From Bacteroidota bacterium (lineage in GTDB: Bacteria > Bacteroidota > Bacteroidia > Chitinophagales > Chitinophagaceae): a stretch of 64,000 nucleotides of DNA. Made by a program: the position numbers and the translations under genes. This document shows, one piece after another, positions 9,682 through 19,380 of this stretch. Position 1 is the stretch's first letter. Each line of letters opens with the position of its first letter. The stretch is from positions 3,003 through 67,002 of the forward strand of contig JAEZDC010000035.1 of NCBI GenBank assembly GCA_023429825.1, in the 5' to 3' direction. The notes under the pieces were generated by a model. The model worked only from the letters and a program-made list of their open reading frames with translations, was not told the origin of the DNA and searched no databases.

Positions 9682-10329
9682 ATGCCCATCATCGCTCCAT
9701 CATTATTAAGTGCTGATTTTCTGAATTTGAAAAGAGATTGCAACATGCTGAATGAAAGCCAGGCAGACTGGTTTCATTTAGATGTAATGGATGGAAGATT
9801 TGTGCCTAACCTGAGTTTTGGATTGCCTGTGATAGAACATATAAGGAAAGCCACCAAAAAAGTTTGCGATGTACACCTGATGATCCTTGAGCCGGAGAGG
9901 TATGCAGAAGCTTTTAAAAATGCAGGAGCAGATGTACTCACTGTTCATATCGAGGCTTGTACACATTTGCATAGGAATGTGCAGCAAATAAAGAGTTTGG
10001 GAATGAAGGCCGGCGTGGCACTCAATCCGCATACACCAGTAAGCCAGTTAAGCGATATTCTTCATGATATCGATCTCGTTTGTTTGATGAGTGTGAACCC
10101 CGGGTTCGGCGGACAAAAGTTTATCGAGTTCACTTTGGAGAAAACAAAGCAATTACGAAAAATGATCTCTGATAAAGGACTAAATGTTCATATCGAAATT
10201 GATGGGGGAGTTACGGTTGAAAATGCACCTGCTATTCTCTCGGCTGGCGCCGACGTGCTGGTGGCAGGCAATACCGTATTTAAATCCACAGATCCTACAG
10301 CCACCATAGCCAAATTGAAGGCGCTTTAA
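9682..10329 (+). CDS. rpe: ribulose-phosphate 3-epimerase
   Basis: 215 aa. MPIIAPSLLSADF..HLDVMDGRFVPN..MSVNPGFGGQKF..IEIDGG are hallmark Rpe motifs. Confidence 0.92.
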   Translation: MPIIAPSLLSADFLNLKRDCNMLNESQADWFHLDVMDGRFVPNLSFGLPVIEHIRKATKKVCDVHLMILEPERYAEAFKNAGADVLTVHIEACTHLHRNVQQIKSLGMKAGVALNPHTPVSQLSDILHDIDLVCLMSVNPGFGGQKFIEFTLEKTKQLRKMISDKGLNVHIEIDGGVTVENAPAILSAGADVLVAGNTVFKSTDPTATIAKLKAL

Positions 10330-10392
10330 TCTCTTATATGTTTAAAACTTGTTGTAGGACGGCACAAGTCGTCCAAATTTGCATTGAAACAC

Positions 10393-10605
10393 CTGAAGTG
10401 CGTATAGAAATATGCGAAGAGCGCATAAAATAATGCGAAGTGTGCAAGAAACCATGCTAAACTCGCATGATAATGGCTGAAGGGCGTTTGGCAATAGTCG
10501 AAGTGCGTACAGAAACAGTCAAAGAGTAAATGGAAATGGTCAAAGCATGCATGAAACCAGTTGAATCAAGCACGACAACAGGCAAAGGGCGCATGAAAGG
10601 TGGAG
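10393..10605 (+). repeat. degenerate tandem array with an exact 21-bp period, 10 units
   Basis: The GAAG/AAAG anchor falls at 10395, 10416, 10437, 10458, 10479, 10500, 10521, 10542, 10563 and 10584, so every step is exactly 21 nt. A typical unit is tcGAAGtGCGtAcaGAAAcag. Stops occur in all frames. Confidence 0.75.
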
Positions 10606-10621
10606 CTGGGAACTTATAGAT

Positions 10622-10650
10622 AAAAAAAACCCCTCCAGGAGGAGGGGTTT
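10622..10650 (-). terminator. intrinsic terminator of the T9SS cargo gene
   Basis: aacccctcc (10628-10636) pairs with ggaggggtt (10641-10649) across a 4-nt loop. An A8 run on the plus strand is the T-run on the minus strand. Confidence 0.8.
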
Positions 10651-10671
10651 CAACTTATTGATCAAAAAAGC

Positions 10672-11982
10672 TTATTGTTTTACAAACTGCTTAGTTGTTT
10701 TTACACCATTGCTTTCAAATACCGCCATATAAGAACCAGGAGTAAGTTTGGTAGCACTGATAGTAGTCTGGATAGATTCTTCAGCCACATTCACCATTAA
10801 CACCTGCTTACCGGTAAGATCAAGAATTCTTACTACGGCACCCTTTTCACCTTTTCCATGTTGAATGGTGAGGCTGGTAGTCACAGGGTTTGGAAATACA
10901 TTAATTACTACAGATGATTTATTAGTTACAGGAACCACATCGCTGTATTTGAATGCACCATCTTTATCCATCATCTTCAAACGATAGTATCCAACACCTG
11001 GTAAAGGTTTAGCATCGCTGAAAGAATATGTATTGCTTGTTGCAGCTTTTGCATCCACATTGCCGATACTGCTGAATGATTGTCCGTTAGCGCTTCTTTC
11101 AACAGAGAATCCTTTTACGTTTACTTCGTTGGTTGTTGTCCATTCAACACCTACTGAACCTTTTGATAGGGCGGCTTTGAAAGAAGTGAGAGATAAAGGG
11201 AGAGGAGCATTAGTCCAACCCGTACCAGCTCTTACGCCATCTAATTGAGCTGTGGGTGACCCGGAAGCATCTTGTCTAAAAATAACAGAGGCAATAGAAG
11301 TGGGTTCAGTGGAAGATGTCCAGTTTGTATTGGTAATATTAGGACTTGGTTCTGTTGTAGTGAGAGTAGGATTTATAAACAATGCAACTTCATCATTAGC
11401 GCTCCCGGCTATAAATGTATATTTCAAAACAACAAGATGCGTCGTATTAATTGGCAGTTCTGTTGTAGAATAATTAACAGTTGATGCCGAACCGTTTCTT
11501 AAACCCAACACAAAAGTACCTGCTGTAACTCCCTGTCTAATTACTAAACGCCCAATGTAAGATGTACTGGTTGAGGTTGGTGCAAAAGCTGCTAGATATG
11601 TTCCAGCAGCATCACCACCTGCAGCTACTAACCCGCTAGTTGTAGTTACATTAATCAAAAAAGAAAAATATACACTACCACTTGTTTGGCTAGCAAACGA
11701 TCTTCTAACATCTTCACCGGCTCCACTTGTAATCTCAATTTTATTTGTTCCTGCGGAAGCTCCGCCATATCCAGAATAAGTCAATCCACCAGATGTAACG
11801 GATATATAAGGTGCATTTCCAGAGACGTAAGTCCATATACCTCCGCTCACATTAGCTCCTGTATTATTACCTGCGGTTAATTGACCGGTTGTATAATTGA
11901 AATCCTCTGAGAACAAATCAAGTCCCTGAGCATTTGCAAAAGAGACAGAAATAATAGCAATCAGTGTAAAAATTTTCTTCAT
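10672..11982 (-). CDS. secreted protein with T9SS type-A C-terminal sorting domain
   Basis: Signal peptide MKKIFTLIAIISVSFANAQ (ATG 11982; the ORF opens at 12003). The C-terminal ..VFPNPVTTSLTIQ..ILDLTGKQV..PGSYMAVFESNG..KQFVKQ is a Por_Secre_tail-type CTD. Confidence 0.75.
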   Translation of the reverse strand: MKKIFTLIAIISVSFANAQGLDLFSEDFNYTTGQLTAGNNTGANVSGGIWTYVSGNAPYISVTSGGLTYSGYGGASAGTNKIEITSGAGEDVRRSFASQTSGSVYFSFLINVTTTSGLVAAGGDAAGTYLAAFAPTSTSTSYIGRLVIRQGVTAGTFVLGLRNGSASTVNYSTTELPINTTHLVVLKYTFIAGSANDEVALFINPTLTTTEPSPNITNTNWTSSTEPTSIASVIFRQDASGSPTAQLDGVRAGTGWTNAPLPLSLTSFKAALSKGSVGVEWTTTNEVNVKGFSVERSANGQSFSSIGNVDAKAATSNTYSFSDAKPLPGVGYYRLKMMDKDGAFKYSDVVPVTNKSSVVINVFPNPVTTSLTIQHGKGEKGAVVRILDLTGKQVLMVNVAEESIQTTISATKLTPGSYMAVFESNGVKTTKQFVKQ

Positions 11983-12099
11983 AATTTCTAGTTTACTCTG
12001 CAAATATTACGTTTTTAACCTGATTTAAACATTGACGCAAATTTTTTAATACAGAGTTTTTTTAAATGCAATTAGTATTTTGAGCGCCAATAGGTTTTC

Positions 12100-14592
12100 A
12101 TGCGACTTTTTATACTGCTTTTTCTTTTCCCTTTCTTCTCTTTAGCTCAGAAAACGGCTTCCGTTTCAGGCGTTGTGCTCAATGAAGACGACCGACCTGT
12201 GGTTGGAGTGAATATCGTTTTGTTGGGAAAAGGATTGATATCCACTACGAACGATTCGGGTTTTTTTCAAATAACCGTTCCTTCTAATAAAAGCATTGCG
12301 CTGGTCTTTTCTTTTGCGGGGTTGAGCACCGTGCAAAAGAATATGTATCTCCAGCAGGGAGAATCGGAAAGTATAACGGTGAAGATGAAGCCTTTTTCCG
12401 GCGAGTTGGAAGAAGTGACCGTGAAAGATCAACGGGATAGACGAGAGGTAGGGAGGGTAACGATCGATCCAACTAAAACGGAAGTAAATCCTGCACCGAT
12501 CACAGGGATTGAGCAACTCATTAAAATATTTGTTGGAAGCAATAATGAACTCACCTCGCAATATTCTGTTCGTGGCGGCAGCTATGATGAGAACCTGATC
12601 TATGTGAACGATTTTGAAGTATTTCGTCCATACCTGGTTAGAAACGGTCAGCAGGAAGGGTTGAGCTTTATTAATCCTGATCTCACCAGCGGTGTGAAAT
12701 TCTATAACGGGGGCTTCCAGGCGAAATATGGTGATAAGCTTAGTTCTGTATTGGACATCACTTATCGCAAGCCGGTAAAGTTTGGCGGATCATTGCATCT
12801 GGGTATACTCGAACAGGCTGTGCATCTTGAAGGAACTTCATCTAACAAAAGATTTACTTACCTGTTGGGTTTAAGAAACAGAAGCAATAGAAACTTACTT
12901 AGCAGCCAGGAAACAAAAGGAAACTATATTCCATCGTCGAGTGACTTACAGGGTTTGCTTACGTATCAATTGAATAAGAAATGGCAGGTTGAATTACTTG
13001 CTAATGTTTCTCAAACAAAATTCACTTTGTTCCCTGAAGAGAGCAAACTTTCTTCTGCTGTGTTTTCTCCATTATTCACCGCTAATCTTGCAATGGATAT
13101 TTATTTTGAAGGGCAGGAGCGAGATCAATACCAGACAAACTTTATCGGGTTATCAGCCATCAACGCTGTTACAAAAGACCTGAAGCTGAAATGGATGCTA
13201 AGCCGGTTTTCTAATAATGAGGAAGAGAATATAGATATAACAGGAGCCTATCTTTTTGGTGAGCGGGATTTTGATCGCAACCAGGCTAGCTATGGATTGA
13301 TTGTAAATCCATTGGGTGCAGGTGTATTTCAAAACTATGCAAGAAACAGGTTGAATATAGATGTATGGAATGCATCGCATAAAGGCAGCCTGGATAAAGG
13401 AAATCACTTCCTGCAATGGGGGCAAAGTTTTGAGCGCCAAATCATCACTGATAAACTGCATGAATGGGAATACAATGACTCAGCAGGTTATTCACTTCCA
13501 TATAATCCTTCTTTTCTTGCATTGCACAAAACTCTAAATGGTAAGGCTGATATTGAAGCAACCCGTTTAACCGGTTATTTCCAGGATAACATTCAGTTCA
13601 GGGATTCGTCTGATTTTATTTTACAGGCGGGGCTTCGGTATAATTACAATACACTCAACAAAGAATTTTTGCTTTCACCCCGAATTGGGGTTTCATTCAT
13701 TCCTAAGAAATGGAAAAGAGATGTAGTGGTTAAAACTGCGGCAGGATTATACCATCAACCTCCTTTTTACAGAGAGATGAGAAGATATGATGGAACGATC
13801 AATACTCAACTTAAGTCGCAGAAAAGTTTCCAGGCCAGTGCAGGACTCGATTATAATTTTAAAATGTTAGGAAGGCCGGCAAGAATACAAACAGAAGCTT
13901 ATTACAAATCGATGAGTGATGTTGTGCCGTATGATGTAGACAATGTGCGCCTCAGGTATTTTGGTGAGAATGCAGCAAAGGCATACGCCACAGGTATAGA
14001 GGCGAGATTATTTGGCGAGTTTGTTCCTGACGCAGAAAGCTGGATCAGCATTGGTTTTATGAAAACAAAAGAAGACCTTGAAGGGGATCATTACTATCGT
14101 TATAAGAATGCTGCCGGTGACTTCATTGATGCAAGCAGTACGGATAAAATACCTGCAGACAGTGTTCGCTTTGACGTTGGCGCTGTTCGCCGTCCAACAG
14201 ATCGCATGATCACTTTTGGAATGTTCTTCCAGGATTATCTCAGTACCAATAAAAATTTCCGCGTATATCTTAATACTTTGTATGGCAGCAATCTCCCTTA
14301 CAACATTCCAGGAAATGCACGTTACAGGAATGCGCTTGTAATTGATCCTTACATCAGAGTTGATCTTGGCTTAAGTGCTTTATTACTTGATCCTGACAAA
14401 GGGAACCGCAGAAGCCATTCACCATTCAGAAATTTCAAAAGCATCTGGGCCAGCCTGGAAATATTCAATCTTATTGATCGCCCTAATACAATTAGTTACC
14501 TGATGGTGAAGGATTTTTCGAATAATGTATTTACAATGCCCAATCGTTTAACGCCACGGCTTTTGAATCTGAAACTCGTAGCGAAGTGGTAG
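12100..14592 (+). CDS. TonB-dependent receptor with carboxypeptidase-regulatory-like N-terminal domain
   Basis: 830 aa with a signal peptide. It has SVSGVVLNEDDRPVVGVNIVL (CarbopepD_reg-like), a plug region, a beta-barrel-type sequence and a C-terminal aromatic residue (..LVAKW). Confidence 0.78.
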   Translation: MRLFILLFLFPFFSLAQKTASVSGVVLNEDDRPVVGVNIVLLGKGLISTTNDSGFFQITVPSNKSIALVFSFAGLSTVQKNMYLQQGESESITVKMKPFSGELEEVTVKDQRDRREVGRVTIDPTKTEVNPAPITGIEQLIKIFVGSNNELTSQYSVRGGSYDENLIYVNDFEVFRPYLVRNGQQEGLSFINPDLTSGVKFYNGGFQAKYGDKLSSVLDITYRKPVKFGGSLHLGILEQAVHLEGTSSNKRFTYLLGLRNRSNRNLLSSQETKGNYIPSSSDLQGLLTYQLNKKWQVELLANVSQTKFTLFPEESKLSSAVFSPLFTANLAMDIYFEGQERDQYQTNFIGLSAINAVTKDLKLKWMLSRFSNNEEENIDITGAYLFGERDFDRNQASYGLIVNPLGAGVFQNYARNRLNIDVWNASHKGSLDKGNHFLQWGQSFERQIITDKLHEWEYNDSAGYSLPYNPSFLALHKTLNGKADIEATRLTGYFQDNIQFRDSSDFILQAGLRYNYNTLNKEFLLSPRIGVSFIPKKWKRDVVVKTAAGLYHQPPFYREMRRYDGTINTQLKSQKSFQASAGLDYNFKMLGRPARIQTEAYYKSMSDVVPYDVDNVRLRYFGENAAKAYATGIEARLFGEFVPDAESWISIGFMKTKEDLEGDHYYRYKNAAGDFIDASSTDKIPADSVRFDVGAVRRPTDRMITFGMFFQDYLSTNKNFRVYLNTLYGSNLPYNIPGNARYRNALVIDPYIRVDLGLSALLLDPDKGNRRSHSPFRNFKSIWASLEIFNLIDRPNTISYLMVKDFSNNVFTMPNRLTPRLLNLKLVAKW

Positions 14593-14607
14593 GTTCTTAC
14601 CGAACGA

Positions 14608-15489
14608 TCAATTCATGATATCCTTCACATTCCTATTTATTGTTTCAGCAAGGCGTTGCATAGGCAGGTCGTTAGAATCTTTTCCAAAAGGTTCTTCAAT
14701 TTCTTCAGCGATCAGTTCAAGACTGGCCAATACATAGAAGATAAAAGCAACTACGGGGATAGCTATTAAACCTAACGATATCACTAACCCAAAAGGTAGT
14801 GTGATCACATAGAGGAATATGAACTTTTTAATAAAAGCACTGTATGAATAGGGGATTGGCGTATTCTTGATCCGTTCACAGGCGCCACAGATATCCAACA
14901 GTGATTTCAATTCTTCGTTTAAAATGATCAATTGATCTCCGGTGATCTTTTGATCTCTGTAAAGCAGGTTTACTTTCGTGAACAATAAACCTGCAACCTG
15001 GTTAGGTATATGTTTATTTCTATCGAAATTGGGGATCTCAGGATGCGGCGCTTCATCTAACGACCATTTTGTTTCTTCTGATTGTAAATGAGCTTTCAGT
15101 GCAAATGCAAATTCGGGTATGATCTGTTTAAAGAATCTTCTTTCTTTATCATCATCATTATCCAGGATCGCATTTAATTTAATTGCGAGGTTTCTACTGT
15201 TGTTCACCAACGACCCCCATAACTTTCTTCCTTCCCACCACCTGTCATACGCAGTGTTGGTTCTAAAAACGAGTAACATCGAAATAGCAAATCCTAACAA
15301 ACTGTGCAGTATGGTTATGTTCTTTGCATGGCTGCTATCTCCCCATTTTAAATACCTGGTTTCGAGGTAATGAACGCCCCAGGTATAGAAACATATAAAG
15401 ACGATCAATGGCAACAATTTCCTGAACGTATCTGCCTTGTGAAAATTGAAAATGAAGAGAAACCAGTCTTTGGGGTTATAGCTGATCAT
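14608..15489 (-). CDS. bestrophin-family (UPF0187/YneE) ion channel
   Basis: 293 aa. TM helices plus the ..FRTNTAYDRWWEGRKLWG.. motif are typical of bacterial bestrophin homologues. Confidence 0.78.
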   Translation of the reverse strand: MISYNPKDWFLFIFNFHKADTFRKLLPLIVFICFYTWGVHYLETRYLKWGDSSHAKNITILHSLLGFAISMLLVFRTNTAYDRWWEGRKLWGSLVNNSRNLAIKLNAILDNDDDKERRFFKQIIPEFAFALKAHLQSEETKWSLDEAPHPEIPNFDRNKHIPNQVAGLLFTKVNLLYRDQKITGDQLIILNEELKSLLDICGACERIKNTPIPYSYSAFIKKFIFLYVITLPFGLVISLGLIAIPVVAFIFYVLASLELIAEEIEEPFGKDSNDLPMQRLAETINRNVKDIMN

Positions 15490-15518
15490 GTGTGCAAAGT
15501 AATATCATACAATCGCTT

Positions 15519-16379
15519 TCAGGAAAACCTGTTTAAAATATTCCTGACACTATGTTGATAATGTCCTCCGAATAATATTAAATGCACCAGCAACGGGTAT
15601 AATTGAGTGAGGGGAATTCTTTCTTTCCATCTTTTCTGAAGTGGATAAGCCTCATTGTAAAAATCGTAAAAGCTATTATCAAAGCCGCCGAAGAGTAATG
15701 TCATTCCAATATCCATCTCCCTATGTCCGTAGTAAACAGCAGGATCATAGATCACTGCTTTCCCTTCGTTATTCACCATGAAATTCCCACTCCATAAATC
15801 CCCATGCAATAGGGAAGAAGGTTCTTCAGGAAAAAGTTCATTGAATTTGTTGCAAATAATTTCTGCCAGCTTAATGTCTTTGCTTTCGCACTTCTGTTGA
15901 TCAAATGCGATTCGCATTAACGGTAGTACTCGCTGTGCTGCGTAAAATTCACTCCAGGTACTGTGCGGCTTATTCCGCTGAGGTAATGAGCCAATGTAGT
16001 TGTCTTCTTGAAGTCCGAATACTTCGTTAGTGTTTTTATGCAATGATGCTAATTCAAAAGCAAATTGTTTCCAGAAGCCGGGACTAACATTCCCTTTCGC
16101 AATACATTCCATCACCAAGTAAATATTCTCTTCAAAATTTCCATGGATCAAAGGCTTTGGAAGTAGGATACTATCTGCTGATCTAAGCAAATGTAATCCA
16201 TTGAACTCCTTTTCAAACATGTCTGCTTTGGTCTTTCTATTAACTTTTACAAAGAGCGAATCTTTATTAGTATCAATGATGTAAGTTTCATTAATATCTC
16301 CACCATATACCTGTTTAATGGTTCTGAATTCGTATTCAGGAAATCGATTTTGAAGATGTACTGACAAAGCCTTGTCCAT
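15519..16379 (-). CDS. fructosamine/ketosamine kinase family protein
   Basis: 286 aa. It has ..GGDINETY.., ..LLHGDLWSGNFM.. and ..IYDPAVYYGHREMD.. kinase motifs. Confidence 0.85.
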   Translation of the reverse strand: MDKALSVHLQNRFPEYEFRTIKQVYGGDINETYIIDTNKDSLFVKVNRKTKADMFEKEFNGLHLLRSADSILLPKPLIHGNFEENIYLVMECIAKGNVSPGFWKQFAFELASLHKNTNEVFGLQEDNYIGSLPQRNKPHSTWSEFYAAQRVLPLMRIAFDQQKCESKDIKLAEIICNKFNELFPEEPSSLLHGDLWSGNFMVNNEGKAVIYDPAVYYGHREMDIGMTLLFGGFDNSFYDFYNEAYPLQKRWKERIPLTQLYPLLVHLILFGGHYQHSVRNILNRFS

Positions 16380-16401
16380 AAAGTGAAATTAGTATCCAGA
16401 T

Positions 16402-16427
16402 AAAAAAAGCCCCGTAAATAGGGGCTT
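16402..16427 (-). terminator. intrinsic terminator after the free HMA gene
   Basis: aagcccc (16407-16413) pairs with ggggctt (16421-16427). A plus-strand A7 run gives the minus-strand T-run. Confidence 0.75.
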
Positions 16428-16432
16428 AATGT

Positions 16433-16789
16433 TTATTGTTTGGCTTCAACTTTTTTTCTTTCATATTTACAGCATCCATGAAGTTTATTGTACACTTCAT
16501 CAGGCGCAGTAAACTTTTCCGTATCATGTCCTACTGAAGCTACTTTCTTTTGAATAGCTTCAATATTTGTTTTAGCAGCATCATACTTAACTAAAAGGAT
16601 CTGTGTTTCAGAATCCCAACTAGCATTGGTTACACCGGCCAGCTTTGCAGCTTTTTCAATCCTGTTTTGGCACATACCGCAGTTGCCGTAAACTTTAATG
16701 CTGTCTGTTTTTTCTTGTGCGAATGTGTTAATGCTGATCATTGCAAAAAATACCAGCATTGCAGATTTGAATGTTTTCATATTTTTCAT
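16433..16789 (-). CDS. secreted heavy-metal-associated (HMA-like) domain protein
   Basis: 118 aa with a signal peptide. It has a CGMCQNRIEKA metal-binding-like CxxC, a GHDTE motif and a C-terminal CC pair. It is a paralogue of the N-terminal domain of the adjacent receptor. Confidence 0.75.
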   Translation of the reverse strand: MKNMKTFKSAMLVFFAMISINTFAQEKTDSIKVYGNCGMCQNRIEKAAKLAGVTNASWDSETQILLVKYDAAKTNIEAIQKKVASVGHDTEKFTAPDEVYNKLHGCCKYERKKVEAKQ

Positions 16790-16798
16790 TTATAATTT

Positions 16799-19336
16799 TT
16801 ATTTGATCTTAAATCTGAATCCCGCATAGATCAATCTTCCGCTTACCGGCCCCCATATCATCGCAGCATCAAAGTGCTGGCTGAAAGGTTGATCAGGTGA
16901 AAGGATCGCATGTTCCTGCATATAGTTGGTAAGATTTTCTCCGCCAAGATAAAGTTCCAGGTTTTTGTTTTTACCAAGTTCTTTACTCACCTGTGCATTC
17001 ATTGTAACATAATCGGGTGATGTAGTTGGAAATGCAGGGTGCCCAGGGCTATTGATCGTTACCGGAACTCGTTTGTTACCGATATAATTTACTGTATAAT
17101 CAAATTTCCATCCTGATATTTCATATCCAAGATTAGCGAATGCTCTATGTGCTGCAGTGAATGGCTTCTGCAATAGCACGTTGTTATATGTCTGCTTTAC
17201 ATCAAACCAACGATAGGCAAGTCTTACGTCAAGATTCTTTACCGGCGTTGTATTCAACTCAGCCTGTAAACTATTCGAATAAGATTTACCCTGTAGATTA
17301 TAGAACTTTAAAAAATGAGGTGTTTCAAGATCAACTACTACCTGGTTTGTAAAATCATTCCGGAAAAAATCAATAGCAAAGCTTGCTTCTCTTCCAAATA
17401 ATTTGAGTTTTTGATCAATAGTTATTCCTTTATTCCACGCAATTTCAGGATCCAATCCATAAGCTTTTCCAGCAGATGCATTAACAATGCTGATATTTCT
17501 AGCACTCACCATTGTACCCATATTCTCTGCAAAGATGTTAGCCGTTCTTTGCCCACGACCTGCACTTAAACGAATGGTGGTTCCCGAAACAGGTTCATAG
17601 CGAACATGCAATCTGGGAGTGGCGAACCAACCGAAGAGATTGTTATGATCAGCACGAATACCTGCGATCAGGTTGAATTTCTCATTCATCGTATAGGTGT
17701 ATTCGAAGAATGCACCCGGAACAATTTCATTTCGTTTGAAGTTCTGAGTTTTATATTGTTCATTATACGTATCTGCGATAAAACTTATTCCTGCTCTGTA
17801 CTTATGATCTGTGGTACCGATGATATCCTGGAATATGAGATTAGAATAAAAGTTCTTTTGTCTTGCGTTATAAGTGGTCAAGCCAAAATAACTGTCTTGT
17901 TTGTGATCAAATGCAGACAACTGCAATCCGATACTTCTAAACTTTTTACCGGGAAACAAATAGCCGATCTTTGCAAAAGCTTCATAGCGATCTGTATTAA
18001 TTCCAAGTCCATAATGTTGGGTGGTAAGTTTATGATCTTCTGTAAAATCAACTTCACCGCCAACTCTTCTGTCTGTCAGGAGTTTTATTCCAAACTGGCT
18101 TTCTAGTCCTGATGTACTTTGATAATTCCAGCGGTTAACTAAACTAAATTGATTTCCTGTTGGGAGATCCCTGAAACCATCATGGTTCTGATCTGCTTTG
18201 GTATACTGAAAATTATCGTGAAGCAATAAGGCGGAAGACCAATTATCATCCAGCTGTTTAGTAAGATTGAGATTAATATCCGTTCTACCCATATTGTTTA
18301 CATATCCATTCGCAAAAAGGCGTTCACTGTTCTCTGGCTTTTTCAATTCCACGTTTATTTGTCCGGCTATACTTTCAAATCCATTAACAACAGAACCGGT
18401 TCCTTTACTCAACTGCATGCTTTCAATCCAGGGGCCTGCAACACTGTTTAACCCGAGTGGTGTAGCAATACCACGAGGACCGGGAAGATTTTCAATCGTT
18501 AACTGCGTGTAGTTACCGGATAAACCGAGTAACTGAATCTGCTTCGCACCTGTAACTGCGTCGCTGTAAGAAACATCAACAGAAGGATTGGTCTCAAAAC
18601 TCTCGCTGAGGTTACAACACGCAGCCTTAAGTAGCTCCTTTGAGGTAATGTTCATAGTACGAACTGCACTTTGTGTATTAACGAACGTGGATCTTCTTTG
18701 TCTTGACTTAACAGTAACATTAGCAAGTTGACCGTTAGGTGCCAGAACAATCTGTAATTCGTTATTACCGGATGTTTCAATTGTATCCTGCCTGAAGCCT
18801 GTATAACTGATGAGAAGTTTAGTTATGCCTTCAACAGGTGGAATGGAAAATGAGCCGTGTATATTCGTTACAGTACCTTTTGAAGTACCTAACCACAATA
18901 TGCTAGCTCCAGAAAGAGGAAGGAAATTACCTTTCTTATCTTCTGAAAGCACTACACCGTTAACGTTTCCATCTTCTATGTGATCTTCTTCAGTTTTAGT
19001 TCCACCGCGGTATAAGCAGCATTCAGGCAAAGCTTTATACACTTCATCATTAGCTTTCTTCAATTCCGTATCATGGCCTATTTCTGCCATTTTAGAATGA
19101 ATATCCTCAGCCTTTAATAATGCAGGATCGTAAGTAACGGTGAGGGTTTTGGTCTTAAGATCCCACCTAGCAGCAGATATCCCTTTTATCTTAATTGATT
19201 TTTCGATTCTTGTTTTGCACATACCACATTCACCCTCAACTTTCAAACGAATGGTGGTATCTGTTTGTGCAAATGCCGGCTGCGTGATGCAGATAATTAT
19301 TATAGCCAGCAATGTTTTAAATGTATTCATGTTCAT
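16799..19336 (-). CDS. TonB-dependent receptor with N-terminal HMA-like domain and carboxypeptidase-regulatory-like domain
   Basis: 845 aa. After the signal peptide comes LKVEGECGMCKTRIEKS..GHDTE..PECC. Then follow GNVNGVVLSED.., a plug, and a barrel ending ..YAGFRFKIK. Confidence 0.8.
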   Translation of the reverse strand: MNMNTFKTLLAIIIICITQPAFAQTDTTIRLKVEGECGMCKTRIEKSIKIKGISAARWDLKTKTLTVTYDPALLKAEDIHSKMAEIGHDTELKKANDEVYKALPECCLYRGGTKTEEDHIEDGNVNGVVLSEDKKGNFLPLSGASILWLGTSKGTVTNIHGSFSIPPVEGITKLLISYTGFRQDTIETSGNNELQIVLAPNGQLANVTVKSRQRRSTFVNTQSAVRTMNITSKELLKAACCNLSESFETNPSVDVSYSDAVTGAKQIQLLGLSGNYTQLTIENLPGPRGIATPLGLNSVAGPWIESMQLSKGTGSVVNGFESIAGQINVELKKPENSERLFANGYVNNMGRTDINLNLTKQLDDNWSSALLLHDNFQYTKADQNHDGFRDLPTGNQFSLVNRWNYQSTSGLESQFGIKLLTDRRVGGEVDFTEDHKLTTQHYGLGINTDRYEAFAKIGYLFPGKKFRSIGLQLSAFDHKQDSYFGLTTYNARQKNFYSNLIFQDIIGTTDHKYRAGISFIADTYNEQYKTQNFKRNEIVPGAFFEYTYTMNEKFNLIAGIRADHNNLFGWFATPRLHVRYEPVSGTTIRLSAGRGQRTANIFAENMGTMVSARNISIVNASAGKAYGLDPEIAWNKGITIDQKLKLFGREASFAIDFFRNDFTNQVVVDLETPHFLKFYNLQGKSYSNSLQAELNTTPVKNLDVRLAYRWFDVKQTYNNVLLQKPFTAAHRAFANLGYEISGWKFDYTVNYIGNKRVPVTINSPGHPAFPTTSPDYVTMNAQVSKELGKNKNLELYLGGENLTNYMQEHAILSPDQPFSQHFDAAMIWGPVSGRLIYAGFRFKIK

Positions 19337-19380
19337 GTATTGGTATTAGGGATAAGATGTCTTCTTTACGAAGCATCCTA

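Noticed and set aside
10393-10605. Is the 21-bp periodic array (and its relatives at 20834 and 31873) a CRISPR array?
   Set aside because: The units are contiguous with no unique spacers, are only about 50-70% identical to each other, and are far shorter than CRISPR repeat-plus-spacer periods. No cas genes are in the window.
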